A stretch of 64,000 nt of DNA. Source: Phoronis australis. Its lineage: Eukaryota; Animalia; Phoronida. Under the pieces are notes generated by a model, which saw nothing but the letters and a program-made list of their open reading frames with translations, was not told the origin of the DNA and did no database searches. The stretch lies in NCBI GenBank assembly GCA_002633005.1, contig NMRA01000598.1:68198-132197 (forward strand), in the 5' to 3' direction. Each line of letters starts with the position of its first letter. The stretch's first letter is position 1. The translations under genes were made by a program, and so were the position numbers. Below are positions 1 through 12,900 of the stretch, piece after piece.

Positions 1-434
1 ACAACCTCCTAAGGTGTTCCTCTATGGTAGGGAGGACAATCAAAAAGTAGGTCACGGTGCCCCATATCTGCCTCCGTGTAAAACCCACGTCGGTAAATTA
101 CCCGATTTCAGACTTCAAAGTTAACTATAAGATAATTTTGTGTTATAAATCGTTACCTTAGTCTTTATTTATAAGTTTGTAATCTTTTTGTCTCAAATTA
201 TCGCTGATAAATCATTTTCTGTAAGCTTTTTTTAGCGCACGATTTTCCGCCGTGCGATCAACTTTCGAAAAAGTACCTCTTGTTCCTCCTATCCAAAAGA
301 GCNTATTTATAACAACGTGACTTTGATGTTTTAGTCGGTGCAAGGCATAATTCGCCGAAAAGCTTCCGGCGTATGGAGCGCCTATAGGAGCTACATCTTC
401 TCAGGTTGGGCCAACAGAGTCAATGGTCATTGCC
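1..434. mobile_element. Partial copy (right arm) of the foldback element at 1501-2035
   Basis: cctcctaaggtgttcctcta (5-24) and gcataattcgccgaaaagc...ggagctacatc...gggccaac (346-434) match 1895-2035, with different sequence between them. Confidence 0.7.
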
Positions 435-1500
435 TAGCCCTAGGTCTAGGTCCTCTAGCCTAGGGTCTAGGAGGGGGGGGGGCAGTTGAGATGAACATTG
501 CAATTGTCTAGTGCAGCACATGCAGCAAGCAGGTTTCATTAAGATTACTCTAATTCATTCTTTATTGTTTTGCCTTACCTGAGAAACGCACACAATTAAA
601 ATTCACATCATGCAGTACAATCATTGACAAAAGACGTTGAAAATATTGATCACACTTATTTCTTTTCCTGTTTTATGTGCCAGGGTAATAGTAGATTTAT
701 TAAGCCATAGAAGAAAATAAACAAACATAAACAATAAATGAGTACATTTCTTATTATAACATGCCAAACGTGGTACCACTCACACGAACTAATTTTACTC
801 AGTAGCATTTTTAAACATGCAAATACTCAGTACATTTGTTTTGTGCTTTGTTAACACGAAACAGGCAGGTCAAATTTAATAATTAATAAAGTTTGATATA
901 GACCAATAATTTGAAGTAGTATTAAAATGCAAGAAACTTACTTATTATTTCAATTTAAAATTGTTATATATTAAATTATGGATGTTTACATTCAAGACAA
1001 ATAAATATTTTTGTTGCCTCATACTGCGTATTTTATCGATCATCTTTGACTTACTTTCCCTGGGTTTGGTCCTCAAGCACAGGTGAGAAGTTATGTCAAT
1101 ACTGTGGTGCAACAGGGCGGTGAGGACCGATTAACATTGATAAGACATAGGTGAGTGTCTTTAAAGATTTTTAATTTTGTTTATACTTGGGTTTTTCTAA
1201 ACACATTGTGTTTATTTTAGTGTTCGATTTGTCAACTGTCAGTGTCACTTGCTATAAATTCAAAACCTGGCTGTATAGTAAAGTATTCTCTGCGCGTGAT
1301 ACGTTTATTTTATTTCGGTTTCCGAGAAAGTGGAAGAAACCAAATGCGTGTGAAGAGTTTACATTAGGAGTAATAATATGTAAATGGCGACCTTTTCATT
1401 CTGTATCTATAATTTACTTCATGTAGAAAATTCCAAAGGAGTGTTACTTTATGATAAAACTAGCGCATCCCATCTTTTGGAATGCTGCCCATACACAAGA

Positions 1501-2035
1501 CGGTGATGACCGTGTCTACAGTAGCTGGCCCAGTAGAGACGGTGGAGCTCCTATAGGAGCTTCATACGCCAGAAACTTTTCGGCAAATATTTTACACATA
1601 GAGGAACACCTTGGCTTAGGAGGCCATCAATGTATTTAATTCCTTCCAACTTGAAGAAATATTCCCATTATAAAACCTTTTCTTTGAGCAGTCTTTCGTT
1701 CAGTTCCCAAATATCGGTAACTTGCCATTTTTACAATTGCGGGTGGCAGGTGATATGACTTCACAGCCCACGGTGTGCGTAGTGTAAAAAATGGCGAATT
1801 ACAAATTTTGGGAACTGAATGAGGGACTTCTCGAAGAAGAAGTTTTATGAAGGGAGTAATTCTTCGAGTTGGAAGGAATTAAATATATCGATGGCCTCCT
1901 AAGGTGTCCCTCTAATAATGTGACTTTTGATTTTTTTAGTCAAAGTGAGGCATAATTTGCCGAAAAGCCTCCACTGTATGAAGCTCCTAGGAGCTCCACT
2001 GTCTCTAGTGGGCCAGCTAGAGACGGTGATTACTG
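1501..2035. mobile_element. Foldback/MITE-like palindromic element with arms of about 235-250 bp and a 47-nt spacer
   Basis: 1501-1735 is an imperfect reverse complement of 1783-2035 (for example tttaattccttccaact / agttggaaggaattaaa and cagttcccaaa / tttgggaactg). Confidence 0.85.
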
Positions 2036-2758
2036 CTGAAAATTCATGTTTTGCTCTTATTGAACAATGTGGCATATAAGCAGCCAAGTCGTTGGTAGTC
2101 ACCTTGGCGAATGACAGTCATCTTCTCATGCAGACAAGATTGTTTTCCTGGTAGTAACTAAAAGAGTCCACTTGCATTATTAATTTGGAATGTTTGTTCA
2201 ATGCCATCAGTTGTCAGTCAACACGACAGTACATCCCAATGCAGCCTGTACTCAAGAAAAGTTTCTGCAAGTTAAAAAGTCACGTTTCTTCCAAATGTAG
2301 ATGGACACCTTTGGGATCAGTTGAAGTCTTTAAATCCTTCCAAGTGTTCAAATAATAACGCAATCAACATTATTTTCCAAATAATCCTTCAATCGCTCTG
2401 TCATGAACTGAACCATTTCTGTTTGATTGCGCATTGTAGCAGGTAAGTTTTTTAATCGCATCGAGGTCGACCTACATAACCTGGGAGTGAACTAATCATG
2501 AACACATTGCACTGGCGTCAGAGTTCTGTAGTGCTCAAAATTTGGCAGCCAGGGTCGCTTCTCTGATACCTGGACAAAGTAGCATCACTGACAAATGAAC
2601 TAAACGTAGAAAGGTGTAGTTACAACTATAGTAATTCTCCGTTTATTTTCAACTAAATAAATTAAAGATTAAATGTCTTTTTCTAATAGTTGGATGTATG
2701 AAACAAACTGAATATACAAACGTTGGGGTTGACAAGTGTGCAAAATTAACCGAGTAAC

Positions 2759-3951
2759 AAAGCATCGCCAACTGCTGGTGTGGGAATTAAAAGAAATACA
2801 ACCTATGGGTTACAGATATGTTTCAGATAACTTTAGTTACTTTTATCCTGTTTCAATTTATAAGTACTTTAGGCCATTGTTGGTGAAATGCTTTGGTTGA
2901 GCAAATGCCTCTGGGTACTAGAACACCCCTCCAAGTCATCCCTTTCACAATGGATGTTTATAACATGAGATATACCATCTGAATAGATGAATGAAAAGGT
3001 GAATACACAATGCTCAGATCTTATTAACACAATTAAAAGGGTGTGTATTAGGGCTTTGCTGGCAAAACTGACCAGGGGTGAATTAAATGAGGGAAGCACA
3101 TTGCCACCATGTAGCTCTGCCACTGAGCAAAATCCTGCACATTTAATAACAGAATGATTTAAACCAATTTAAATGGTAAATACAGCTCTCTTGATTTCAG
3201 CCAATGTCTGATAGACAACAGGTGAGAATGGGCAATATGTAATGAAATAAAAGAAACATGGCAGATTTTTTTTGTTTTATAGCTGTGGTCAAAGCTAATA
3301 TGCTGATGACTCCTATCCCTGCCAATTATTATCATCCCAAAAATCTGTTTTTCAACTGGGTTAAACCCATAACGTCCGTTTGATCATGTTCAAACTTTCT
3401 CAAAATTATCCGTAAATATTATATCGATAATGATCATTTTGCGTTTATGTATGATAAAATTTATACTAAAACGGATAGAACTGAAGGCATCTTGATCAGT
3501 TTGTAAAAGATGGAAGTAGTGTTTGGTGTGCGTTTTAGGCAGTCTAAAAAAGAAATGCATTTCAACTCCTGTTTTTTTTTACAAAAGTACTACTGTGCTC
3601 ACAGTGCAGACTGAAGCCGAAGACATTTGGACAAATTGTCTTTCATAACAACACCTCAGTACTGACACTTATAATTACCAGGTATACAATCACGGTAATT
3701 AGATTGACAGTGAAGAAAAAAATATAAGTTTAAGTTTGTCATGAACTGTCTCCAATCCCATGGAACATTTGTTTACAAAATCATTTTTTATTCCAAGCTT
3801 GTGCGGCAAGAGTTATTTAAATAAATGTTTTTGTTATTGTGTGTCCATCATTTAAAACAAAGGAATGTCGTGTTTGAAATAACCACATAAATATGCCCTC
3901 ACATACCGATGGCACATCTGTCACTTGGGCAATGCAAAGGTCTACATCATA
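2759..3951 (+). repeat. Copy 1 of a 1.19-kb gap-flanking duplication (copy 2 is 5332-6524); probably allelic haplotypes
   Basis: Constant offset of 2573 and about 6 substitutions seen; identical spurious ORFs at 2869 and 5442. Confidence 0.92.
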
Positions 3952-4527
3952 CGGTAAAGTCGCGTGATTTTCGGACACTGAAAATTAATTCCAATAGAAA
4001 AAATTCATTCTTGGACGAATTTCGCGAAATATCATTTCTGTGGTGTCCGAATTTGGCGGACCTCCAAATTTGGGTTTCCGCTAGTGTCCGAATTTCGTGA
4101 GTGTACATTATTTCGATGAGCGGTCGTAGTATCAACATTGCTGGCTCGTTCATTTGATAGCAGTAAAATTGCAGGTAAATGAGACTGAAATGGTCTGCGC
4201 GATTAATTTTTGAAAATCTGGCTTTCCCAATAAGAAATGTGCGCTGTCGACGCACAAGACCGTTCCCGACAAGTGTTGGTTCTTTTTTTCAAAGATGCGC
4301 CTTCTCAATATGAAATATTCGGCTTGCATTGCCGATGCTCAAAAACCGTTCTCGGCAAGTGACGGAATCTTTTCAAAACTGCGCTATCTCACTTGAAATA
4401 TCGGGCTGCGTTGTGAAAAAAGTCTTCCTGGTGACAAATATGGGCTTTCCAATGAGTGGGTCTGGTTTGCGTTGTTGACGCGCATGAAACGCTGCAGACA
4501 GCCGATTCTCTTTTGTAAAAATTCGTT
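3952..4527. mobile_element. Left end of a TA-inserting DNA transposon (Tc1/mariner-type terminus CGGTAAA), truncated by the gap
   Basis: It begins right after TA (3950-3951), exactly where copy 1 diverges from copy 2. The terminus CGGTAAA...GGACA resembles the MITE at 18743. Confidence 0.75.
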
Positions 4528-5331
4528 NNNNNNNNNNNNNNNNNNNNNNNNNNNNNNNNNNNNNNNNNNNNNNNNNNNNNNNNNNNNNNNNNNNNNNNNN
4601 NNNNNNNNNNNNNNNNNNNNNNNNNNNNNNNNNNNNNNNNNNNNNNNNNNNNNNNNNNNNNNNNNNNNNNNNNNNNNNNNNNNNNNNNNNNNNNNNNNNN
4701 NNNNNNNNNNNNNNNNNNNNNNNNNNNNNNNNNNNNNNNNNNNNNNNNNNNNNNNNNNNNNNNNNNNNNNNNNNNNNNNNNNNNNNNNNNNNNNNNNNNN
4801 NNNNNNNNNNNNNNNNNNNNNNNNNNNNNNNNNNNNNNNNNNNNNNNNNNNNNNNNNNNNNNNNNNNNNNNNNNNNNNNNNNNNNNNNNNNNNNNNNNNN
4901 NNNNNNNNNNNNNNNNNNNNNNNNNNNNNNNNNNNNNNNNNNNNNNNNNNNNNNNNNNNNNNNNNNNNNNNNNNNNNNNNNNNNNNNNNNNNNNNNNNNN
5001 NNNNNNNNNNNNNNNNNNNNNNNNNNNNNNNNNNNNNNNNNNNNNNNNNNNNNNNNNNNNNNNNNNNNNNNNNNNNNNNNNNNNNNNNNNNNNNNNNNNN
5101 NNNNNNNNNNNNNNNNNNNNNNNNNNNNNNNNNNNNNNNNNNNNNNNNNNNNNNNNNNNNNNNNNNNNNNNNNNNNNNNNNNNNNNNNNNNNNNNNNNNN
5201 NNNNNNNNNNNNNNNNNNNNNNNNNNNNNNNNNNNNNNNNNNNNNNNNNNNNNNNNNNNNNNNNNNNNNNNNNNNNNNNNNNNNNNNNNNNNNNNNNNNN
5301 NNNNNNNNNNNNNNNNNNNNNNNNNNNNNNN
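4528..5331. other. Assembly gap (804 N)
   Basis: Run of n. Confidence 1.
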
Positions 5332-6524
5332 AAAGCATCGCCAACTGCTGGTGTGGGAATTAAAAGAAATACAACCTATGGGTTACAGATATGTTTCAGA
5401 TAACTTTAGTTACTTTTATCCTGTTTCAATTTATAAGTACTTTAGGCCATTGTTGGTGAAATGCTTTGGTTGAGCAAATGCCTCTGGGTACTAGAACACC
5501 CCTCCAAGTCATCCCTTTCACAATGGATGTTTATAACATGAGATATACCATCTGAATAGATGAATGAAAAGGTGAATACACAATGCTCAGATCTTATTAA
5601 CACAATTAAAAGGGTGTGTATTAGGGCTTTGCTGGCAAAACTGACCAGGGGTGAATTAAATGAGGGAAGCACATTGCCACCATGTAGCTCTGCCACTGAG
5701 CAAAATCCTGCACATTTAATAACAGAATGATTTAAACCAATTTAAATGGTAAATACAGCTCTCTTGATTTCAGCCAATGTCTGATAGACAACAGGTGAGA
5801 ATGGGCAATATGTAATGAAATAAAAGAAACATGGCAGATTTTTTTTGTTTTATAGCTGTGGTCAAAGCTAATATGCTGATGACTCCTATCCCTGCCAATT
5901 ATTATCATCCCAAAAATCTGTTTTTCAACTGGGTTAAACCCATAACGTCCGTTTGATCATGTTCAAACTTTCTCAAAATTATCCGTAAATATTATATCGA
6001 TAATGATCATTTTGCGTTTATGTATGATAAAATTTATACTAAAACGGATAGAACTGAAGGCATCTTGATCAGTTTGTAAAAGATGGAAGTAGTGTTTGGT
6101 GTGCGTTTTAAGCAGTCTAAAAAAGAAATGCATTTCAACTCCTGTTTTTTTTTACAAAAGTACCACTGTGCTCACAGTGCAGACTGAAGCCGAAGACATT
6201 TGGACAAATTGTCTTTCATAACAACACCTCAGTACTGACACTTATAATTACCAGGTATACAATCACGGTAATTAGATTGACAGTGAAGAAAAAAATATAA
6301 GTTTAAGTTTGTCATGAACTGTCTCCAATCGCAAGGAACATTTGTTTACAAAATCATTTTTTATTCCAAGCTTGTGCGGCAAGAGTTATTTAAATAAATG
6401 TTTTTGTTATTGTGTGTCCATCATTTAAAACAAAGGAATGTCGTGTTTGAAATAGCCACATAAATATGCCCTCACATACCGATGACACATCTGTCACTTG
6501 GGCAATGCAAAGGTCTACATCATA
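5332..6524 (+). repeat. Copy 2 of the 1.19-kb duplication (empty-site version)
   Basis: Matches 2759-3951, then continues cataCAAGC without the insertion. Confidence 0.92.
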
Positions 6525-9500
6525 CAAGCAACAGATCAAGCAACAAGGAGGCATACACAGAATTACATCGAATTCCTCCTCTCTGAGTTTGTAGATATGT
6601 TTTGAAATGCATCAACTCTCTCGTTTCGCTATGCCTTGAAACTTTGCTATAATTCCAAATGGCCGCGAACGGAACTTTTATGAGAAATAACTATTCTATG
6701 CCATCTTTCTCATGCAGTGCTCCCCATGAGTAGCCACTGTTGTGTGAAAGGGTTGTCATAGTAATACAAGTCTCAGCTTTCTACACGTCCATAAGGACTC
6801 CTGAGGTGAAAACAGTAATGGCTAGGAGAAAAATTTATTATGACTTATGAAAGTTTTACGAGAGGAAATCAGCAAGACAAATTGGCACAACTCACCCAAG
6901 TTGATTTCCAATGTCATCTGAGAAAATGAAATTATAGGGTATAATTTGTATACGAATTGCAACTATTTTAATTTTTGTATTTTCATGATATTTTTATTTT
7001 GAACACATAGATACCATAATTACTTCTTCAGACCAGTTCTATATGTGGTTATACAGTGGGGGAGAGTAGGTTTGGAAGGAATTTTATGGATATTTTTTGT
7101 TACTTGAAAAGACCTAAATTTCAGATTTGTTATTCTGAATCCCAGGTTAAACTACCTGAGTGTTAGTTAAATCTTTTCACCTGACCTTCCTCATGCTTTC
7201 GCCCACTTCTGGTCATGACTCACTGGTCACATTCATGTGGGTATGTCAGTAATGTGGTGAACTCTGTGTGTCACCTAAATGCTCATGTTGATGAGCAAGT
7301 CCAGCAAAGGTCAACTGTCTACTGCAGAGATGTACAGATAAGTTTTAATCAAAGTAAAATGTTCCAAAATATGAAAACAATCTGACAAACAGAAATGTCC
7401 GCAACCTGTTTTGACTGGTCACTGCACTGAATTTTGCGGTGATGAGTTTGGCTTATTTTGGGTTTAGTTTAAAAACCTATGCAATGAGTTTGAAGCGTTG
7501 GGAGATAATCGGGAAATTAAGGCATTTTGGATTTTCAGTACCAGTCCCATGCACTTGTTCCGAGACTTAACACAAATACTGACCATTTTAGGGACATGGA
7601 CTTTCAAACACCAAGTACATGAATTTTTACTTCCTTTTTAGCTAATTTTCTGTTGTGGAGAACACAGATAAATATAAAAAATAACACGTTCCAAAATATA
7701 ACAATCATATGAATATTACACAAAGTAACCAGTCATATATGAGCTTATAAGAGAAAATAAACATAAAATGTACAGGCTTGGTAAATTTAATTTGTCTTTT
7801 AACAAATGGAGTAAAAATATTTATGTCTTGGAATATTTTTCAGTGGCATGATAAATGCCAGTTTCTGCCAATAGGAAACATTTTACATACAGCTCTTTAA
7901 CATCGTGAGAACATAAAGACATGTTTCACTTGACCCAATTTCTAATTCTGGTGTGCAAGAGGAGGGCTTTGACATTTAGGGAGACATTTTTGTGTGATTT
8001 GTTTGAATATCCTACCACCCAGCATTGACTAGTTGACTGCTTAATGGTGTCAAAAATTTTTTAAACATGCCTGAAAATATCCCAATCATTGTAACAAATC
8101 CACAAAAGAATGCAGAACACTGTCCATAAACTCAATGGTCTCCATCAGCAAAAAGCGTATTTCATCAAGTCAATGCTGTATCCGAAAACGCTAATAATTC
8201 GAATATCCTATAATGCAGCAGTGACAGTTTGGCGTATTGAATTATTGAAAAACACTGACATCCCTTTGGTTATCCAGATCACAGAAGTGAACAGTTGGGG
8301 TTTTTTTTTGTTGCCATCCTTGGCAATTTTCCACTTATTTCACACAAAATAATTGTCAAAATTGCCTTTTCCATTTTCCAAAGGTTGACCTCTTTGCTAC
8401 AAATAATGGAAACTTCACCAAATGTTGTTTTATGACATCTGAATAGTGCAAACCAGGCTAAATCTTCTTGATCTTTATTTTTGTGAAGGAATTTGACAAA
8501 ATAGACTTTTATGTTCTGTGCAAAACGAGTGAGGAATTGCCGTAATGGTTTGGTATGCTAGATCATCGTGTACCCAATTGGCAGTGGTGCCTCGTTGCAA
8601 CCTTGGCTCTCCTTAGGGGGTAGCGTTGACCACCTCATCCCGCGAAGAATTTGACCCATTTATAGGGTTTGCTTGTTTCTCAAAATTGAAATAGGGCTGA
8701 ACCGTGCTATACCACGTAGGGCACTCGTGCGCAACAACCTAAGGCTATCAGAGGGATCGTTACCTTATATTAGGGGTTTTAGGCAGATTGTCTTGAGATT
8801 TTTTTGAAAAATCTAGAACGTGTTTCCTAAATTTTAGAAAATATTTTTGTTGAAATAAGTCATTGCAAGAATGAGTGAAATTTTCATATTAGAAATGATT
8901 CGTATTTATCCAAATTTTTATCAGTGATAAATTGGCACTGTAAAGAAAAAAGGTTCTTCAATTCCCATTATCAAACCCACAATGTAAAAAGCTATCCGTC
9001 TTTATCAGTTAAAACCAGACCAGAGTTTCATTCACGCTTTCTCTTTCTGCACAAGTGTTTCGAGTGAATCTGAACATTTTCTCTTCTACCAGGCAAAATG
9101 GATACATTTGTCTTCTTGGTATGAAAATGGGACTAGTGTGTTATTACAGAAGGGGATTTTCAGTTTTTACGTGTCTAGGAACATGGAGGATATATGGGCC
9201 ATGTTAGTTTTTTGTCCTTTTTGTTTCTAATTTTAATAGATCTGATTAGGCTATCACAGTGCGTCAATGACAGTGTTTTTGCGCCAAATTATCCCCGAGT
9301 TCTATGCATCTATTCCAAGACTCCCCACAGTGTGAACATGAACAGGAATATGAATTTAGCAATTCCCGTTGAGATTGAATTTTCTGTAGTGAACAACGCT
9401 GTTATTAATCTTCAATTTCCTGTGTTCTTACCTTTTAGATGGTAAGACTGAACTGGGCTTCAGTTTTATGGACGATTCCAACAGAGGTTGTTGGTTTGAC

Positions 9501-9734
9501 AACTTTTGTTATAGTTGGCATTAATTTTTGTTACATTTTGGCCGAAAACAATTCTGTCAACAGTATCTGGATCAATTTCTGCTAAATCTTGCTAATTTTG
9601 TATACCAAAATAGTATCGATATCACCGCTATTAATGTATAGAACAAAAATTCATCCTTCCGAAATGGGTTCCGAAAATCTGCCCGTTCTCTGATATGCTT
9701 GTTGACATTTTTCTTGCAGGATATTACTATCTAG

Positions 9735-9943
9735 ATGCCGTCACGTAGGTCACAGAGTTACAGTTTAGTAAAGAGTAGTCGACAGGAAGAAATGGCGAGG
9801 AAGCGGGAAGAACGCATACAGCGGGCGGCCATGCAGAAGCAGAAGAAAATGGACTCCTACTTGGCCGACGACCAGAACTTCAGTAGTTTCGCGTCCCAGC
9901 TGGGCAAGATGGGTCTACAGCTACGTGACATCCCAGGAGACGG
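9735..9943 (+). CDS. OTUD3: OTUD3 coding exon 1 (MPSRRSQ...LRDIPGDG)
   Basis: ATG at 9735; donor GG|GTGAGT (phase 2). An acceptor-like ttcttgcag ends at 9719, just upstream. Confidence 0.9.
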
Positions 9944-12900
9944 GTGAGTGGTTGGCGCTCTTTAGTGCTAGTCAGTGAATGTAGATAAAAATGGTACAGA
10001 TTGAAGCCATTTGTGTTTTTTGTGATGCATCCATGTGCAGTTATTTCTAATTCTTATACAAAATGCGCTCAAACTTTCTTCTATTGTTTTGTAGACGATG
10101 ACGGTTAGCAAGATAGTCATGCAAAATAAGAAGTCAAACTGACCCAACTTCACTCCAATATGATAACTTGCAGAAATTCAAAATGTGCTTTCACATAGGT
10201 AGAATGAGACACTCCCCCATTCAAATTTCACATTCCTAGGGGACATTTATATCATTCTGATAAGCTGTGTTGCACACAAGTCAAGTCGCCCCATTATGTT
10301 GCTCAGACTTAGTTATGCAACTCAGGGTGGGCCATATCAGTGTAGGAGCAGCAGTTGCAATGATCAGATATTTCTCTTCTCTTCTAGCTGTTGTAGTTTT
10401 GTATTCCAACAAGTTAAATTTTCAATGACTGGATTTAGTTTTTATAGTCCCCATTATCTAAATGGTGGGACTGTAATGTCCACTGTCACTGACACCCAAC
10501 TCTGTTCCCTAATCCCCAAGCAAAAGAAATTGGTCATAAAAGTACAGGGGGTGTGGCAAGTGGCCATTATAAATAATCGCAACTTGTAAGAAGCCTTACA
10601 GTGTTGCTGGTTAGGAAATGGCAGGTATTGCCTAAAGCTAATGAGTTGGGCTTTTTCTTGAATCTTTTGTTACTACCTACAGCATCCTCATTCAGCCGCA
10701 GGGTTTTAAAGTATGGCAAGAGAGAGGTTTCAATTTGCACGTTTGACGGTTACTATGACAACAGCAATCTAAACATGCTTCTGTTGATTAGTAAAAATTG
10801 TAGAGCATATTAAAGAAAAAGCGAATGAGAAAATATTGGCAACTTGCCTACATTTTCCACGTGTAACAGGCAATTCCGAAAAAGCTGCCATGGGAACTTT
10901 TTTGAGCCTTATTTCTGAAAAAACGCACGGGGACTTGATCTTCATATAGGCTCTTTTCGAAAATCTCCACTACCCATTTCTTCGAGGTAATCCGACTTGC
11001 ACGCTGTCAACTTGCCCTAGCCCTAGTGCCATTCAGGCATAGTGAAGTCAGGCATTATCTACATGGTCACTGAGCGTAGTGCACACGAATACATCCCTCC
11101 TATGACACATAAGCAGTAAGGACTTACTCCTTTTTACTTTCATGTTGACTTCGCTGTCAGTTTTATCTTATGGATGCAACGGAGGCAATTTGGTTTTTTG
11201 ACTACTGGCTGTTTGGTATCATCTGCGGTTATCTGTGATGTAACCTCAGATTCTTGACTGGAAATTTTATTTTACATTTGCATAGAAAAGTCAGGCCCGT
11301 TCTCAGAGTTGCTAGGGATTCACCACAGAAACTGTTGTTGAGATGTGTGGATATTTCTGGTTTTACCTTGGATTATGTGTCGGTTTCATGTCATATGTTG
11401 TTAGACCCGCAGTCAATAGTTTTTCAGCCAACATATTGCTAAAGCACATAAAATAAAGTATGGGAAATTATAATAATTTGGCGTAGAGATTAAGCCCATG
11501 GTGTTTACATTCTTTTTGGGTGCTTTTCAACTGTTCATTTTGTCTGTTGCTTTCCTTTCTTAACATATTACAGTAGAAGCAGTGAAACATTGTCAATAAA
11601 TTTGTAAATGTTCCTAGTTATGAGGACAGGTATACTTTCTTGAATACGTTGTGCATCATGGACACTGTAGTCAATTGGCGCATTGTTTCACCAGAAGTAT
11701 TGGCCAGAAATCTTTTATGTATTAACATTTACATAAACATTTTGTTGACTACGTGCATTTCCTTGATGTCAACGTGACATTATGTGCATTTGCTTTGTTG
11801 GTTCAAACACTCCCTATTGTTGTGTAACATATTACAAAGATGTCAGTGAAACCACCTTTCAACTTAGCTGTTAGAAAAGACCACAGACAGCTCCATGGTA
11901 CCCGTATTTGGGCATGGAGTGGGCTCCTTTTGTTTCCATGACAGGTCATTGTCCTTTGATGGGATATTGAATAGGTAGCTTCATGGTTGAATATTATTAA
12001 TTGTGATGTGAAAAGTCTCATTGCGTGATGGGCAAACCTCGTCACAAGCACTGTGGTAGCAATGGACACCCTAGTAGATTGGTGCCGCGTGACATCGTGA
12101 ACAGGCCATGATTGTGATTAGTTGATGTGTGTCCGGTGGCTGTGCACTACAGCCACTGCAATTTGGCTGTTTCCGTACAATTTTGTCTTTTGTTATGAAA
12201 AGGTAGTGACATGTTGAGCAAGTGAGAATGATATGTTTACGTTTGTTTCTGTGAATTATGTCTTCTTCATTGTACACATGGCCATGGGCCCAAATTAAAA
12301 CATTTACCGGTCTACAACTTCATTGGAGTGCTATGCATAATAGTCATCAATACACAAGCTGTTCCTTTTTTCACATCCAGAGTATAGTTTCACAACTGAG
12401 GATGATGTAATAGATGAAAATTGTCAACGAATGGACAGTTAGGACATGAAAATACGACTACAGCAATTATCCTCGTATTTTGCACAAAAATAATTGGAAA
12501 ATTGTCGTTTTTACCATTTTGAAGAGTTTATTACCATGTTGTTCATAGTGCAAAGTTCAATTGTTGTTAAGTGGCATGCACCGGGGTCGTAGCTACCGTT
12601 ATACGCATATGCAACGTGGACCAAAGTATAACTTTAGTTATTAATAAGCTAATTTTCATTTTTCGTGAAAATTTTAAGCATATGATAACTCTTCCATAGA
12701 TTTTATTCACACTATCATAAAAACAATGACGACACTTAAAACTGTGTGTCGTAACTTTTTGTCAACGTCAGATTTTGACATGGGTTTTTGCATCCTTGAG
12801 AAAATTGCAAGTAGTACACCTGTCTTATACACTGCCATGTTGAAATATTTTGACAGAGAAATTTTTCAAAATACTGTTTCTGTTGCCATTCATATTACTT

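Noticed and set aside
2040-2590. Minus-strand coding-like stretch (MRLKNLPATMRNQTEMVQFMTERLKDYLENNVDCVII; LLVTTRK) reminiscent of an NB-ARC/NACHT remnant
   Set aside because: Stops in all frames and motif spacing too long; not supportable without a search.
4373-5473. 323/333-aa ORFs in the track
   Set aside because: Artefacts of translating through N; the same applies to 23739-24110.
2869-5696. Two identical 84-aa ORFs suggesting a duplicated gene
   Set aside because: No recognisable domain or splice structure; the identity comes from the gap-flanking duplication.
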